This document shows positions 1 through 8,081 of a stretch of 32,000 bases of DNA, in pieces. Origin of the DNA: Candidatus Nanoclepta minutus (GTDB lineage: Archaea > Nanobdellota > Nanobdellia > Nanobdellales > Nanobdellaceae); contig MWMI01000001.1 in assembly GCA_003568775.1 (NCBI GenBank), forward strand, positions 30,001 to 62,000, in the 5' to 3' direction. The translations under genes were made by a program, and so were the position numbers. Positions within the stretch are counted from its first letter, which is position 1. Each line of letters begins with the position of its first letter. The notes under the pieces were generated by a model. It was not told the DNA's origin, searched no databases, and saw only the letters and a program-made list of their open reading frames with translations.

Positions 1-1719
1 AGGAAAATAGAAGTAGATGAAATTATAATTCCATTACCGGTATTAGCAGAGCTCCAGCATCAAGCTAATAAGGGATTAGATAAAGGATTCGTTGGTTTAA
101 GGGAAGTACAAAAATTGAGGGAACTTTCGGGGAGATATGGATATAAGATCTTGATATTAGGGGAATATCCAAGGGAGGAAGATATAAAGTTTGCAAAAAT
201 AGGCAAAATAGACTTTTCAATATTAGAAATTGCCAAGAGGATTGGGGGAACCTTGTTTACATCAGATAGGGTTCTCTATGAGCTATCCTTATCTTACGGT
301 GTAGATGCGAGATACGTAAGTTTGGTTACATCTGAAAGACCATCCTATGAAAGGTACTTTACCGAAGATACGATGTCCATACATATAATAGAGGGCTGTA
401 AAATAAAAAGGAAGAGGGGTAGCCCAGGGAATTGGTATATAGAAGAAATAGATGTTTCTATGGATAGAAAATCTATAGAAGATCTAATAGAGGAAATAAT
501 AAGCTTAGCTAGATCCAGGAAGGATAGTTTTATAGAGATAGAGAAGCCCTATAGCATCATCGTTCAACAAGGTATCTATAGGATAGTTATCGTAAAACCT
601 CCTTTATCGAGTAACTATGAAATAACGATTGTGAGACCAATAACAAAGAAGAAGCTAGAAGATTATAGGTTAAGTGAACGTTTGTTGGATAGGCTAGAGA
701 AGAGTGCAGAAGGGATAATTATAGCTGGAAGACCAGGATCTGGAAAGTCTACTTTTGCTCAGGCTTTAGCTGAATGGTATAAGGAAAAGGGGAAGATTGT
801 AAAGACTGTGGAATCTCCTAGAGATCTAATAGTTTCTCCAGATATTGTCCAATATTCAAAAAATTTTGCTAAGTTTGGTGAAATACATGATATCCTTCTA
901 CTATCTAGACCGGATTATGTAATATTTGATGAAATGAGAACAACAGAAGACTTTAGGTTATACATAGATTTAAGGTTTGCGGGAGTTGGTATGATAGGTG
1001 TTGTGCATGTGGAGAGACCTATAGATGCCATCCATAGATTGATTTCGAGAACGGAATTGGGTATAATCCCACATATAGTAGATACGATAATATTCTTAGA
1101 GAAGGGGAACATAGAGGAGGTTTATACGTTATCCTTAAAAGTTAAGGTTCCTACAGGAATGGTTGAAGAGGATTTGGCTAGACCGGTTGTTGAAGTTAGG
1201 AACTTTATTACGGATGAGTTAGAGTATGAGATATATACTTTTGGGGAGGAGATTGTTGTAGTACCAATAAAGAGAGTTGAAAAGGATAAGCTATCCTTAT
1301 TATTGTCGGAAATACTCAAGGAGAAATTCAGTTCTAAGTATGAGGAGGTTACAATAGAGGTTAGGGGAAATACCATTGTCTTTATCTTGCCTAAAAACCT
1401 TAAAAAGAGGTTTTTAAAGAATGAAAAGAGTTTTTTAAGGAAGCTAAAGTATTCTTATGGATTTAACATTGAAGTAGTTTCTAAGAAGGATCTATCGTTT
1501 TTTCAATTGAAAAGGTATGAGATAAGAGACGGCTATATTATTTTAGATTTTGGAAAAGAACTTGCCAGAGAAAAAGTTCTAATAGTATCGGATGATAATG
1601 TAATTGCAAAATTGAACTTGGATAAAAGAGGATTAGTAAAGATAGATATCAATTCCCCAATAGGCAATAAAATAAGAGAAATTCTATCATCAAAAGGAAA
1701 AATTTATGCGAAAATTTAG
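1..1719 (+). CDS. PIN-domain / P-loop ATPase with KH-like C-terminal region (archaeal COG1855-type PilT-family ATPase), 5'-partial
   Basis: Frame 1 is open from nt 1 with no stop before the first ATG at 115, so the gene starts upstream of the window. The N-terminal part (IIIPLPVLAELQHQANKG ... TSDRVLYELS) looks like a PIN domain. It is followed by Walker A GRPGSGKST and a Walker B-like YVIFDEMR. The domain order matches conserved archaeal PIN-ATPase-KH proteins. Confidence 0.7.
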   Translation, partial: RKIEVDEIIIPLPVLAELQHQANKGLDKGFVGLREVQKLRELSGRYGYKILILGEYPREEDIKFAKIGKIDFSILEIAKRIGGTLFTSDRVLYELSLSYGVDARYVSLVTSERPSYERYFTEDTMSIHIIEGCKIKRKRGSPGNWYIEEIDVSMDRKSIEDLIEEIISLARSRKDSFIEIEKPYSIIVQQGIYRIVIVKPPLSSNYEITIVRPITKKKLEDYRLSERLLDRLEKSAEGIIIAGRPGSGKSTFAQALAEWYKEKGKIVKTVESPRDLIVSPDIVQYSKNFAKFGEIHDILLLSRPDYVIFDEMRTTEDFRLYIDLRFAGVGMIGVVHVERPIDAIHRLISRTELGIIPHIVDTIIFLEKGNIEEVYTLSLKVKVPTGMVEEDLARPVVEVRNFITDELEYEIYTFGEEIVVVPIKRVEKDKLSLLLSEILKEKFSSKYEEVTIEVRGNTIVFILPKNLKKRFLKNEKSFLRKLKYSYGFNIEVVSKKDLSFFQLKRYEIRDGYIILDFGKELAREKVLIVSDDNVIAKLNLDKRGLVKIDINSPIGNKIREILSSKGKIYAKI

Positions 1720-1728
1720 TTATTAAAT

Positions 1729-3498
1729 ATGAAAAGAATAGCAATTATAGATAGAGAAAAGTGTAGAGCTCCAGAAAAGTGTAACTATATATGTATTTCA
1801 GTTTGTCCTGTTCAGAAGAATAATAAAGAGATTTTTAAGATAGGAGAAGATAAGAAACCTTTAATTGAGGAAGAACTATGTATAGGTTGCGGTATTTGTG
1901 TAAAGAAATGTCCTTTTAATGCTATAATGATCATTAACTTAGTTAAGGAGCCAGAATCAGATCTGGTCTTTCAGTATGGTCAGAATACATTTAGGCTTTA
2001 TGGATTACCGGTTGTAAAAGAGAAATCCATAGTTGGCATAATCGGTAGGAATGGAATAGGAAAATCTACTGCTATTTCTATCTTTGCTGGTATACTGAAA
2101 CCTAATTTTGGGGAATATAATAAGAACTTTGATGAAAAGGAGATAATAAAGAGGTTTAGAGGAACAGAATTACAGAAATATTTTGAAAATTTGTATTCTA
2201 AGAAAATAAAGGTATCCTATAAGCCTCAAAACGTCTTTATATTTATAAAACTATATGGGGAAAAATCTGTAGAAGAAATTTTAACCAGTTTAATTAAATC
2301 TAAAGAGGAAATGGATAGAATAATAAGAGAATTTAGGATAGAGAATATAATGAAAAGAAAAATAAAAGAGTTATCTGGTGGTGAATTACAAAAGATATTA
2401 TTTTTATTTTCATCTTTAAAGGAACATAACTTGCTTTTATTAGATGAACTAACTAATTATTTAGATATATATGAAAGAGTAAAAATAGCATCATACCTAT
2501 TAGAAATTAAGGAGAAGGGAGACTCTATAGTATTAATAGACCATGATCTATCATTCATAAATACCTTAGCCGATATAATACACATAGTTTATGGAGTTCA
2601 GAAGGCTTATGGTATATTTTCTTCTCCAATTGGAACGAGTGATGGAATAAACCAATACCTCTCAGGTTTCATAAGGAAAGAGAACATAAGGATAAGAGAC
2701 AAGCTTATAAGGTTGGATGTAAAGCCTTATACGGATAAGAAGTTAGGTAAGGATATTGTATCTTGGAAGAACCTATACGTTAAGCTGAACGGGTTTGAGT
2801 TAATATCGGAGGGAGGATCCATAAGAGAAAACGAAATAGTTGGTGTTGTTGGTAGAAACGGAATAGGAAAATCTACTTTTGCAAAAGTACTGGCCGGTGA
2901 ATTAAGTTATGAGGGGGAAGTTAGTAAGGAATGTGAGATATCTTATAAACCCCAATATTTTGATTTTTCGGATGAAGATTTAAATGTTGATCAATTTATA
3001 AGAAAGTTTAATCCAGAATATAGAAAAGAATACAATGAATATCTGTTTAGACTAGGCTTATCCGATCTTTTAGATCATAAAATTAGCTCTTTATCTGGTG
3101 GAGAGGCTCAAACTTTATACTGTTTCTCTGTTTTGGTTAAAGAAGCAGATTTATATATTTTAGATGAACCGTTTGCTTTCCTAGATATAGAGCAGAGGAT
3201 AAATATGGCAAAGTTTATAAGAGATATAATAAAGATAAGGAACAAAGCAGCTTTAGTTATAGACCATGATATAGTGTTATTAGATTACGTTTCTGATAAT
3301 ATAATGTTCTTTGATGGAGAGCCAGGAAGAAGAGGTATAGTTAATAGACCTGTAGAAAATAGGATAGCCTTTAATATGTTCTTAAAGGTAATTGATATTA
3401 CAATGAGGAGAGACGAGAAGAATGGGATACCAAAGATAAATAAGATTCATAGTTATTTAGACAGATTACAAAAAGAAAGAAAAGAATATTATATATAA
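1729..3498 (+). CDS. abce1: ABCE1 / RNase L inhibitor (RLI) ribosome-recycling ATPase
   Basis: N-terminal Fe-S cysteine clusters (CRAPEKCNYICISVCP and CIGCGICVKKCP). Two ABC modules, each with Walker A GRNGIGKST, signatures LSGGELQ and LSGGEAQ, and Walker B LLLLDE and LYILDE. The 589 aa length is typical of archaeal ABCE1. Confidence 0.93.
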   Translation: MKRIAIIDREKCRAPEKCNYICISVCPVQKNNKEIFKIGEDKKPLIEEELCIGCGICVKKCPFNAIMIINLVKEPESDLVFQYGQNTFRLYGLPVVKEKSIVGIIGRNGIGKSTAISIFAGILKPNFGEYNKNFDEKEIIKRFRGTELQKYFENLYSKKIKVSYKPQNVFIFIKLYGEKSVEEILTSLIKSKEEMDRIIREFRIENIMKRKIKELSGGELQKILFLFSSLKEHNLLLLDELTNYLDIYERVKIASYLLEIKEKGDSIVLIDHDLSFINTLADIIHIVYGVQKAYGIFSSPIGTSDGINQYLSGFIRKENIRIRDKLIRLDVKPYTDKKLGKDIVSWKNLYVKLNGFELISEGGSIRENEIVGVVGRNGIGKSTFAKVLAGELSYEGEVSKECEISYKPQYFDFSDEDLNVDQFIRKFNPEYRKEYNEYLFRLGLSDLLDHKISSLSGGEAQTLYCFSVLVKEADLYILDEPFAFLDIEQRINMAKFIRDIIKIRNKAALVIDHDIVLLDYVSDNIMFFDGEPGRRGIVNRPVENRIAFNMFLKVIDITMRRDEKNGIPKINKIHSYLDRLQKERKEYYI

Positions 3499-3502
3499 AA
3501 AA

Positions 3503-3709
3503 CTAAGAGGATCCCAAGAACCTATAGATTGTTGTACCGCAGTTTGGACACTTACCCTTTACAGCCTTTCTTCCATTCTTCAAAGTTATTATCTGTGGAT
3601 CCTTTATTTCTACCTTTTTCTTACATTTTACACAAAATCCTTCATATTTCTCTGCCATACCATTAATATTGAAAGAGTATTTAATAATTTTTCTATGTAA
3701 CTTGTTCAA
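3503..3709 (-). CDS. small zinc-ribbon protein, DUF5679-like
   Basis: CVKCKKKVEIKDPQIITLKNGRKAVKGKCPNCGTTIYRF has a CxxC...CxxC ribbon around the TLKNGRKA motif characteristic of DUF5679. The true start is probably the internal MAEKYEGF (ATG at 3658), which gives about 51 aa. Confidence 0.6.
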   Translation of the reverse strand: MNKLHRKIIKYSFNINGMAEKYEGFCVKCKKKVEIKDPQIITLKNGRKAVKGKCPNCGTTIYRFLGSS

Positions 3710-3716
3710 AGATTTA

Positions 3717-4724
3717 TTAATTTTTATTTTTATTATTATTCTTTAAATTTACTAATATTTTATTGTCTTTTTTTATAACTTCTATAGGGAGATTTAAACT
3801 TTTTATATATTCATCTATTTTTTCTAAGTTATAACCTTCAAATATCCAATAATTTTCCTTTATAATATTTGCAATTTTCAGAAGTTTATTGTATTCTTCT
3901 TTCATTTTTTCCAAAGTTTTTTCTTGATTTTCTATAATTCTTTTTATTTCCTCCTTTTTATTTTCTATTTCCCTTTTCTTATTTTCAATTATTTCCTTAA
4001 AATACATTTCCTCAAAAAACTCGTTTACTTCTTTATACCAGCTGTTATCATAAAGAATTTCTTTCTTTTCTAAAATATAGAGATATATATCATATATCTT
4101 CCTTATTTCTTCATCAGAAAGTTCTTTTATTGGTTTATTTTTTTCTATACCTGCTTCCTTTAGTATATACTCAGCATATTTTTTTGATAACCCAAAATCT
4201 ATTGCTAAACACCTAACGATATCTTTCTTATCACTCCTTTCAATAACTTCAAGGAATTCCTTAAATTCTTTTGGTAATGAAAAGTTCTTTAAAGGTTTTT
4301 TGTATGTTTCTCCAATAGATATATTCCTATAACCGAAGTTCTTATACCTATTAGCATACAATATCTTATCTTTTTTATCAGTTACTATTATCAGACCTTT
4401 TGGTAAGAGTTCTATATAAATTCTTTTATCTTCTATTTCAAACCTAACTATCTTATCATCTTCTAAGAAAATGTTTAATTTTTTATTCAAAAAATCTTTT
4501 TTTAACCTTTCAACAAACTTGTTTTTTATTTTTTCTAGTTTATTGTTCGAAAGGAATATTATTTTCTCTGGAACTACGTAAAGGTATCTTTTATTCAAAT
4601 CTCTTTTATATATTTCAAAAACATAGGCATTTCCTACAGAAAATATATCTCTTATTATTGAGTTATTTATTTTCTCCCCATTTTCATTAAACCATTTTAT
4701 TAGATCTATATAGGTAATATTCAT
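3717..4724 (-). CDS. NFACT-N / HhH / coiled-coil protein (truncated Rqc2/NEMF/FbpA-like ribosome quality-control homolog)
   Basis: The N-terminal 150 aa follow the NFACT-N pattern (FVERLKKDFLNKKLNIFLEDDKIVRFEIEDKRIYIELLPKGLIIVTDKKDKILYANRY...GETYKKP). An HhH-like segment (FGLSKKYAEYILKEAGIEKNKPIKELSDEE) and a K/E-rich coiled coil follow. At 335 aa there is no NFACT-R/DUF814 part. Confidence 0.6.
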   Translation of the reverse strand: MNITYIDLIKWFNENGEKINNSIIRDIFSVGNAYVFEIYKRDLNKRYLYVVPEKIIFLSNNKLEKIKNKFVERLKKDFLNKKLNIFLEDDKIVRFEIEDKRIYIELLPKGLIIVTDKKDKILYANRYKNFGYRNISIGETYKKPLKNFSLPKEFKEFLEVIERSDKKDIVRCLAIDFGLSKKYAEYILKEAGIEKNKPIKELSDEEIRKIYDIYLYILEKKEILYDNSWYKEVNEFFEEMYFKEIIENKKREIENKKEEIKRIIENQEKTLEKMKEEYNKLLKIANIIKENYWIFEGYNLEKIDEYIKSLNLPIEVIKKDNKILVNLKNNNKNKN

Positions 4725-4802
4725 TTTTGATATAGTACTTATAATGTTTAAGCTATTTTATTCGGAAAAAATTTTTAAATTTTAAGATACTATTATCATA
4801 AA

Positions 4803-5393
4803 ATGGCGGTAACAAACCGGGATATAAGATGTAGGACAATGGACGATCTGTTAGTAACATTAGAGAGTGTAGTACCAGAAGAGGATAAGGTAATGTGCTT
4901 AAGAGACATGGGAATTACTAACATACATAAATATGGAGAATATATGGCAAATTTAGAAAAATCTATTAAAGAAAAAGAAGAAAGAAAAAAAGAGCTAGAA
5001 TCTATAGTGGAATTAGAAAAGGAAAAGAGTGATATAAGGTATGCTCCAATTGAACTTTTACCAGGAACGCTATTAGCTTATGTTGCTTATAAATTTTTCG
5101 AAGCTTCTGCAATGAATATCGTCGAAAATTATAAATATTATGGATTAGGCGCTTATGTTGGTTCGGTTATAACAAGTTTAATTGGTCTTTGTATAGGTAT
5201 ACCCGGAGCAGCTCTTCTTTGTGGTGCTTTTAAAGATATAAAAAACTATATTAAAGCGAAATATATTGAGCATAAAATAGGAAAAATTAACGTAGAAGAA
5301 TTGAAAAAAGAGTTGAATAGACTAGGAGAAGATCTGAATAAAGAGAGAGAGTTATACAGTTTATTAAAGAATTATTATAATAAGATATTTTAA
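4803..5393 (+). CDS. hypothetical membrane protein with flanking coiled-coil segments
   Basis: Long ORF in an otherwise empty interval. It has K/E-rich helices (KSIKEKEERKKELESIVELEKEK; VEELKKELNRLGEDLNKEREL) flanking two hydrophobic segments (LLPGTLLAYVAYKFF; GAYVGSVITSLIGLCIGIPGAALLCGAF). I recognise no family, and the start may be the internal MDDLL. Confidence 0.5.
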   Translation: MAVTNRDIRCRTMDDLLVTLESVVPEEDKVMCLRDMGITNIHKYGEYMANLEKSIKEKEERKKELESIVELEKEKSDIRYAPIELLPGTLLAYVAYKFFEASAMNIVENYKYYGLGAYVGSVITSLIGLCIGIPGAALLCGAFKDIKNYIKAKYIEHKIGKINVEELKKELNRLGEDLNKERELYSLLKNYYNKIF

Positions 5394-5473
5394 TGTAGAT
5401 AAAAATAGACCTCTTTATTTTTAATTATTTTTTAAAATTTTTATCAGAGATACTCTTAACAATTTTCTTAATA

Positions 5474-5480
5474 TTTTTAT
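5474..5480 (+). promoter_or_regulatory. TATA-box-like element for the C/D sRNA - tRNA-Leu unit
   Basis: ATATTTTTATG is centred about 24 nt upstream of the C box at 5501. It is nearly identical to the TAATTTTTATC element found the same distance upstream of tRNA-Ile. Confidence 0.4.
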
Positions 5481-5500
5481 GAAGCATAATAGTTATATAG

Positions 5501-5549
5501 ATGATGAAGATTCGGGGCCTTGAATGGTGAAGAAAAGGTTCCATCCTGA
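5501..5549 (+). ncRNA. C/D box sRNA (2'-O-methylation guide)
   Basis: Textbook archaeal architecture in order: C box AUGAUGA (5501-5507), 12-nt guide AGAUUCGGGGCC, D' UUGA (5520-5523), 3-nt spacer, C' GUGAAGA (5527-5533), 12-nt guide AAAGGUUCCAUC, D box CUGA (5546-5549). It is intergenic, has a TATA-like element upstream, and sits in a GC-enriched patch. Confidence 0.65.
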
Positions 5550-5553
5550 GAGA

Positions 5554-5637
5554 GCGGGGGTGCCCGAGAGGTCAAAGGGGTCGGGTTGAGGTCCCGATGG
5601 ATTAGGTCCGTCCGGGGTTCGAATCCCCGCCCCCGCA
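5554..5637 (+). tRNA. tRNA-Leu (anticodon GAG), class II with long variable arm, no encoded CCA
   Basis: Acceptor GCGGGGG/CCCCCGC, 3-bp D stem CCC/GGG, anticodon stem TCGGG/CCCGA with loop TTGAGGT (GAG), 15-nt variable arm TGGATTAGGTCCGTC, T arm CGGGG-TTCGAAT-CCCCG, discriminator A. Total 84 nt. Confidence 0.93.
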
Positions 5638-5738
5638 TAGATTGTGATGAATAAAAGGCTCTAAACGTTTACTGTGATACTTCTATGTAAGGTCTCATCC
5701 CAGTATAGCTTTTATTCCTTTAAACGAATTAAATAATA

Positions 5739-7496
5739 ATGCTAATAATAGCAGAAAAACCGTCAGTTGCCAGAAACATTTCATACTTCTTATCCAATGG
5801 AAACTATAGGAGAATAAAGTTTTCTAATGGAATTTATTATTATTTCTTGAAATTGGATGGGGAAAACATTTTTGTTGTTCCATCTATAGGACATTTATAT
5901 ACAATCTCTGATATGAAGAGGGATTTTAGTTATCCAACCTTTAACTATAAATGGGTCCCCTCTTATTATGAGGATAGAATATTCATAAAGAAAAAATATA
6001 TCGAGATGTTTAGACAATTTTCCAATGAAGATAAAGTAGTTTTAGCTACAGATTATGATATAGAAGGAGAGTTGATAGGATATAACATAATAAGGTTTGC
6101 TTTGAATAGAAGGGATGCTAATAGGATGATATTCTCCGCAATTACTAAAAAAGATATATTAAATTCTTTCTATAATCAAAGGGATAATATAGATTACGGA
6201 ATGGCAATAGCTGGAGAAGTTAGGCATATAGTTGATTGGTTATATGGTATAAACCTCTCCAGGATACTTACAAGATCGCTCTGGCATTATACAAAGGATT
6301 ATATCTTAAGTATAGGAAGGGTTCAGGGACCAACCTTAAAAATAATCTTAGAAAGGGAGAAAGAAATAGAAAATTACAAACCCGAGGAGTATTATGTTCT
6401 ATCCGCAGTTATATTGAAGGATAACTTAAAGATAAAGGCAGTTTATAGGGAAAAATTGAAGAGTAGATCGGAAGCAGAGGATATAAAGAAGAGGATTGGA
6501 AAAAGTGTTAAAGTAATTGATGTAAAAGTAGAAAAGTTATCAGAAGCTCCTCCCCATCCCTATAACCTAACGAACATCCAAGTAGATGCTTATAAACTAT
6601 ATAAAATATCCCCAAAATCAACCTTAGATATCCTGCAGAGTTTATATGAGAGGGGATACGTTTCATATCCCAGGACATCTTCTGAAAGACTTCCGGATAC
6701 AATAGACTTCAGAAGTATAATAGAGAATTTAGGTGAGATAAGCACATACAGAAGATTTTCAGAAGCTTTGGTCAGTAAAAGGGTTTTAAGACCAAACAAT
6801 GGAAAGAAGGAAGATGTCCATCCAGCAATACATCCAACAGGTATAATCCCATCTAATTTATCTAAAAAAGAGTTTTTGATATATGATTTAGTTGTTAGAA
6901 GGTTCTTTGCAACTTTTATGGATCCTGCAATCTTGGAGAGGAATATAGTTCTATTTAGTAACGGTTTAGAGTTTGATTACAAGAAGTGTATTAGTAAGGG
7001 GTGGATGGTTGTATATTGGAATATTCTATCGAAGGTTTTCCTGGAAATTAACTTTAAGGTTGGGGAAGTTTTGAACGTTGAGAAGGTATCTATAAATAAG
7101 AAGAAGACTCCTCCACCTCCTAGATATAACCAAGCTTCCCTTATAAAGAAGATGGAGGAATATAACCTGGGTACCAAATCCACGAGGGCGGAGGTTATTT
7201 CTATATTATATAATAGGAATTATATCGATGGTAGATCCATAAGGCTTACGAAACTAGGGGAGAAAGTGATCGATATATTCGAGAGATACTTTCCAGAAAT
7301 ACTTGATATAAACCTTACAAGAAAAATAGAAGATAAATTGGAGTTAATTATGAAGAATCCGGATTCTTCAATAAAAGATGAGGTTATAGGAGAAGTTATA
7401 GAGATTATAAAGCAAATATCTAATGGGTTGGATGAAAAAAAGATCGGGAAGGAGATCTATGATGCCATAAAATTACTTAATTCCAATAATACTTAA
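5739..7496 (+). CDS. topA: type IA DNA topoisomerase (archaeal TopA / Topo III-like), no zinc-ribbon tail
   Basis: Toprim motifs MLIIAEKPSVARNI and DYDIEGE, the GRVQGPTL motif, and the active-site tyrosine context GYVSYPRTSS (Topo III-type rather than the reverse-gyrase ITYxRTDS type). 585 aa with a single Cys. Confidence 0.9.
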   Translation: MLIIAEKPSVARNISYFLSNGNYRRIKFSNGIYYYFLKLDGENIFVVPSIGHLYTISDMKRDFSYPTFNYKWVPSYYEDRIFIKKKYIEMFRQFSNEDKVVLATDYDIEGELIGYNIIRFALNRRDANRMIFSAITKKDILNSFYNQRDNIDYGMAIAGEVRHIVDWLYGINLSRILTRSLWHYTKDYILSIGRVQGPTLKIILEREKEIENYKPEEYYVLSAVILKDNLKIKAVYREKLKSRSEAEDIKKRIGKSVKVIDVKVEKLSEAPPHPYNLTNIQVDAYKLYKISPKSTLDILQSLYERGYVSYPRTSSERLPDTIDFRSIIENLGEISTYRRFSEALVSKRVLRPNNGKKEDVHPAIHPTGIIPSNLSKKEFLIYDLVVRRFFATFMDPAILERNIVLFSNGLEFDYKKCISKGWMVVYWNILSKVFLEINFKVGEVLNVEKVSINKKKTPPPPRYNQASLIKKMEEYNLGTKSTRAEVISILYNRNYIDGRSIRLTKLGEKVIDIFERYFPEILDINLTRKIEDKLELIMKNPDSSIKDEVIGEVIEIIKQISNGLDEKKIGKEIYDAIKLLNSNNT

Positions 7497-8066
7497 AATA
7501 TCTCTTATCGTTTCTTCTGGATTTCTGTTATTATTAATAATAAATATTTTTTCTTCTTTTAGTATTTCCTTTAATTTTAGGTAGTTTTCCCTAACTTTTT
7601 CTAAGAAGTCTTTCCTCTCATACTCCGTTGTTATTCCCCTTTTCATTAACCTCTCTATTGCAACATCTACTGGAACATCAAGTATAAATACGTAATCCGG
7701 TTTTAATAGAGAGGAGTTTATCTTTTCTAAGAAATCCAAGGTAACACCCTTATATAAGAGTTGGTATGTATAGGAAGAATGGTAGTATCTATCTAGTATT
7801 ACTATGAATCCCTTTGATATTTTATCCTTTATCTCAAGCTGATGTATCTGTCTATCCGCTGCAAACAACAGGGATAAGGCTTTACCAAAGTTCTCATTTA
7901 AATCATGCTTTTTCTCTATAATACTTTTTATAATAGCTTTTATGTCTGATCTAAAAGGTTCTTTAGTTAAGTATACCTTATATCCTTTATTTTCCAGGAT
8001 ATTCTTCAGTAATTCTGCAATTGTAGTCTTTCCGCAACCATCTATACCTTCAATTACAATTAACAT
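7473..8066 (-). CDS. tmk: thymidylate kinase
   Basis: N-terminal P-loop MLIVIEGIDGCGKTT, DRY motif (LDRYYHSS), and the typical 197 aa size. Its 3' end overlaps the topA 3' end by 24 nt (convergent). Confidence 0.9.
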   Translation of the reverse strand: MLIVIEGIDGCGKTTIAELLKNILENKGYKVYLTKEPFRSDIKAIIKSIIEKKHDLNENFGKALSLLFAADRQIHQLEIKDKISKGFIVILDRYYHSSYTYQLLYKGVTLDFLEKINSSLLKPDYVFILDVPVDVAIERLMKRGITTEYERKDFLEKVRENYLKLKEILKEEKIFIINNNRNPEETIRDILSIIGIK

Positions 8067-8081
8067 AATACTAAATTGTCT

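Noticed and set aside
1-1719. The PilT-family-labelled ATPase considered as the assembly or retraction motor for the pilin-like operon.
   Set aside because: The PIN domain plus P-loop plus KH-like architecture is the conserved archaeal COG1855 type, which has an RNA-related context. It is not a FlaI/PilB/PilT secretion ATPase. It lies 25 kb away on the far side of unrelated housekeeping genes.
5644-5710. A second possible C/D box sRNA immediately downstream of tRNA-Leu. It has a perfect C-box-like GUGAUGA at 5644-5650 and a GUGAUAC at 5674-5680.
   Set aside because: No CUGA D box or acceptable D' occurs at the required ~12-nt spacing; the positions read AAAC and TCTC. The region more plausibly holds the topA promoter (CTTTTATTCC/TTTAAA about 25 nt upstream of ATG 5739).
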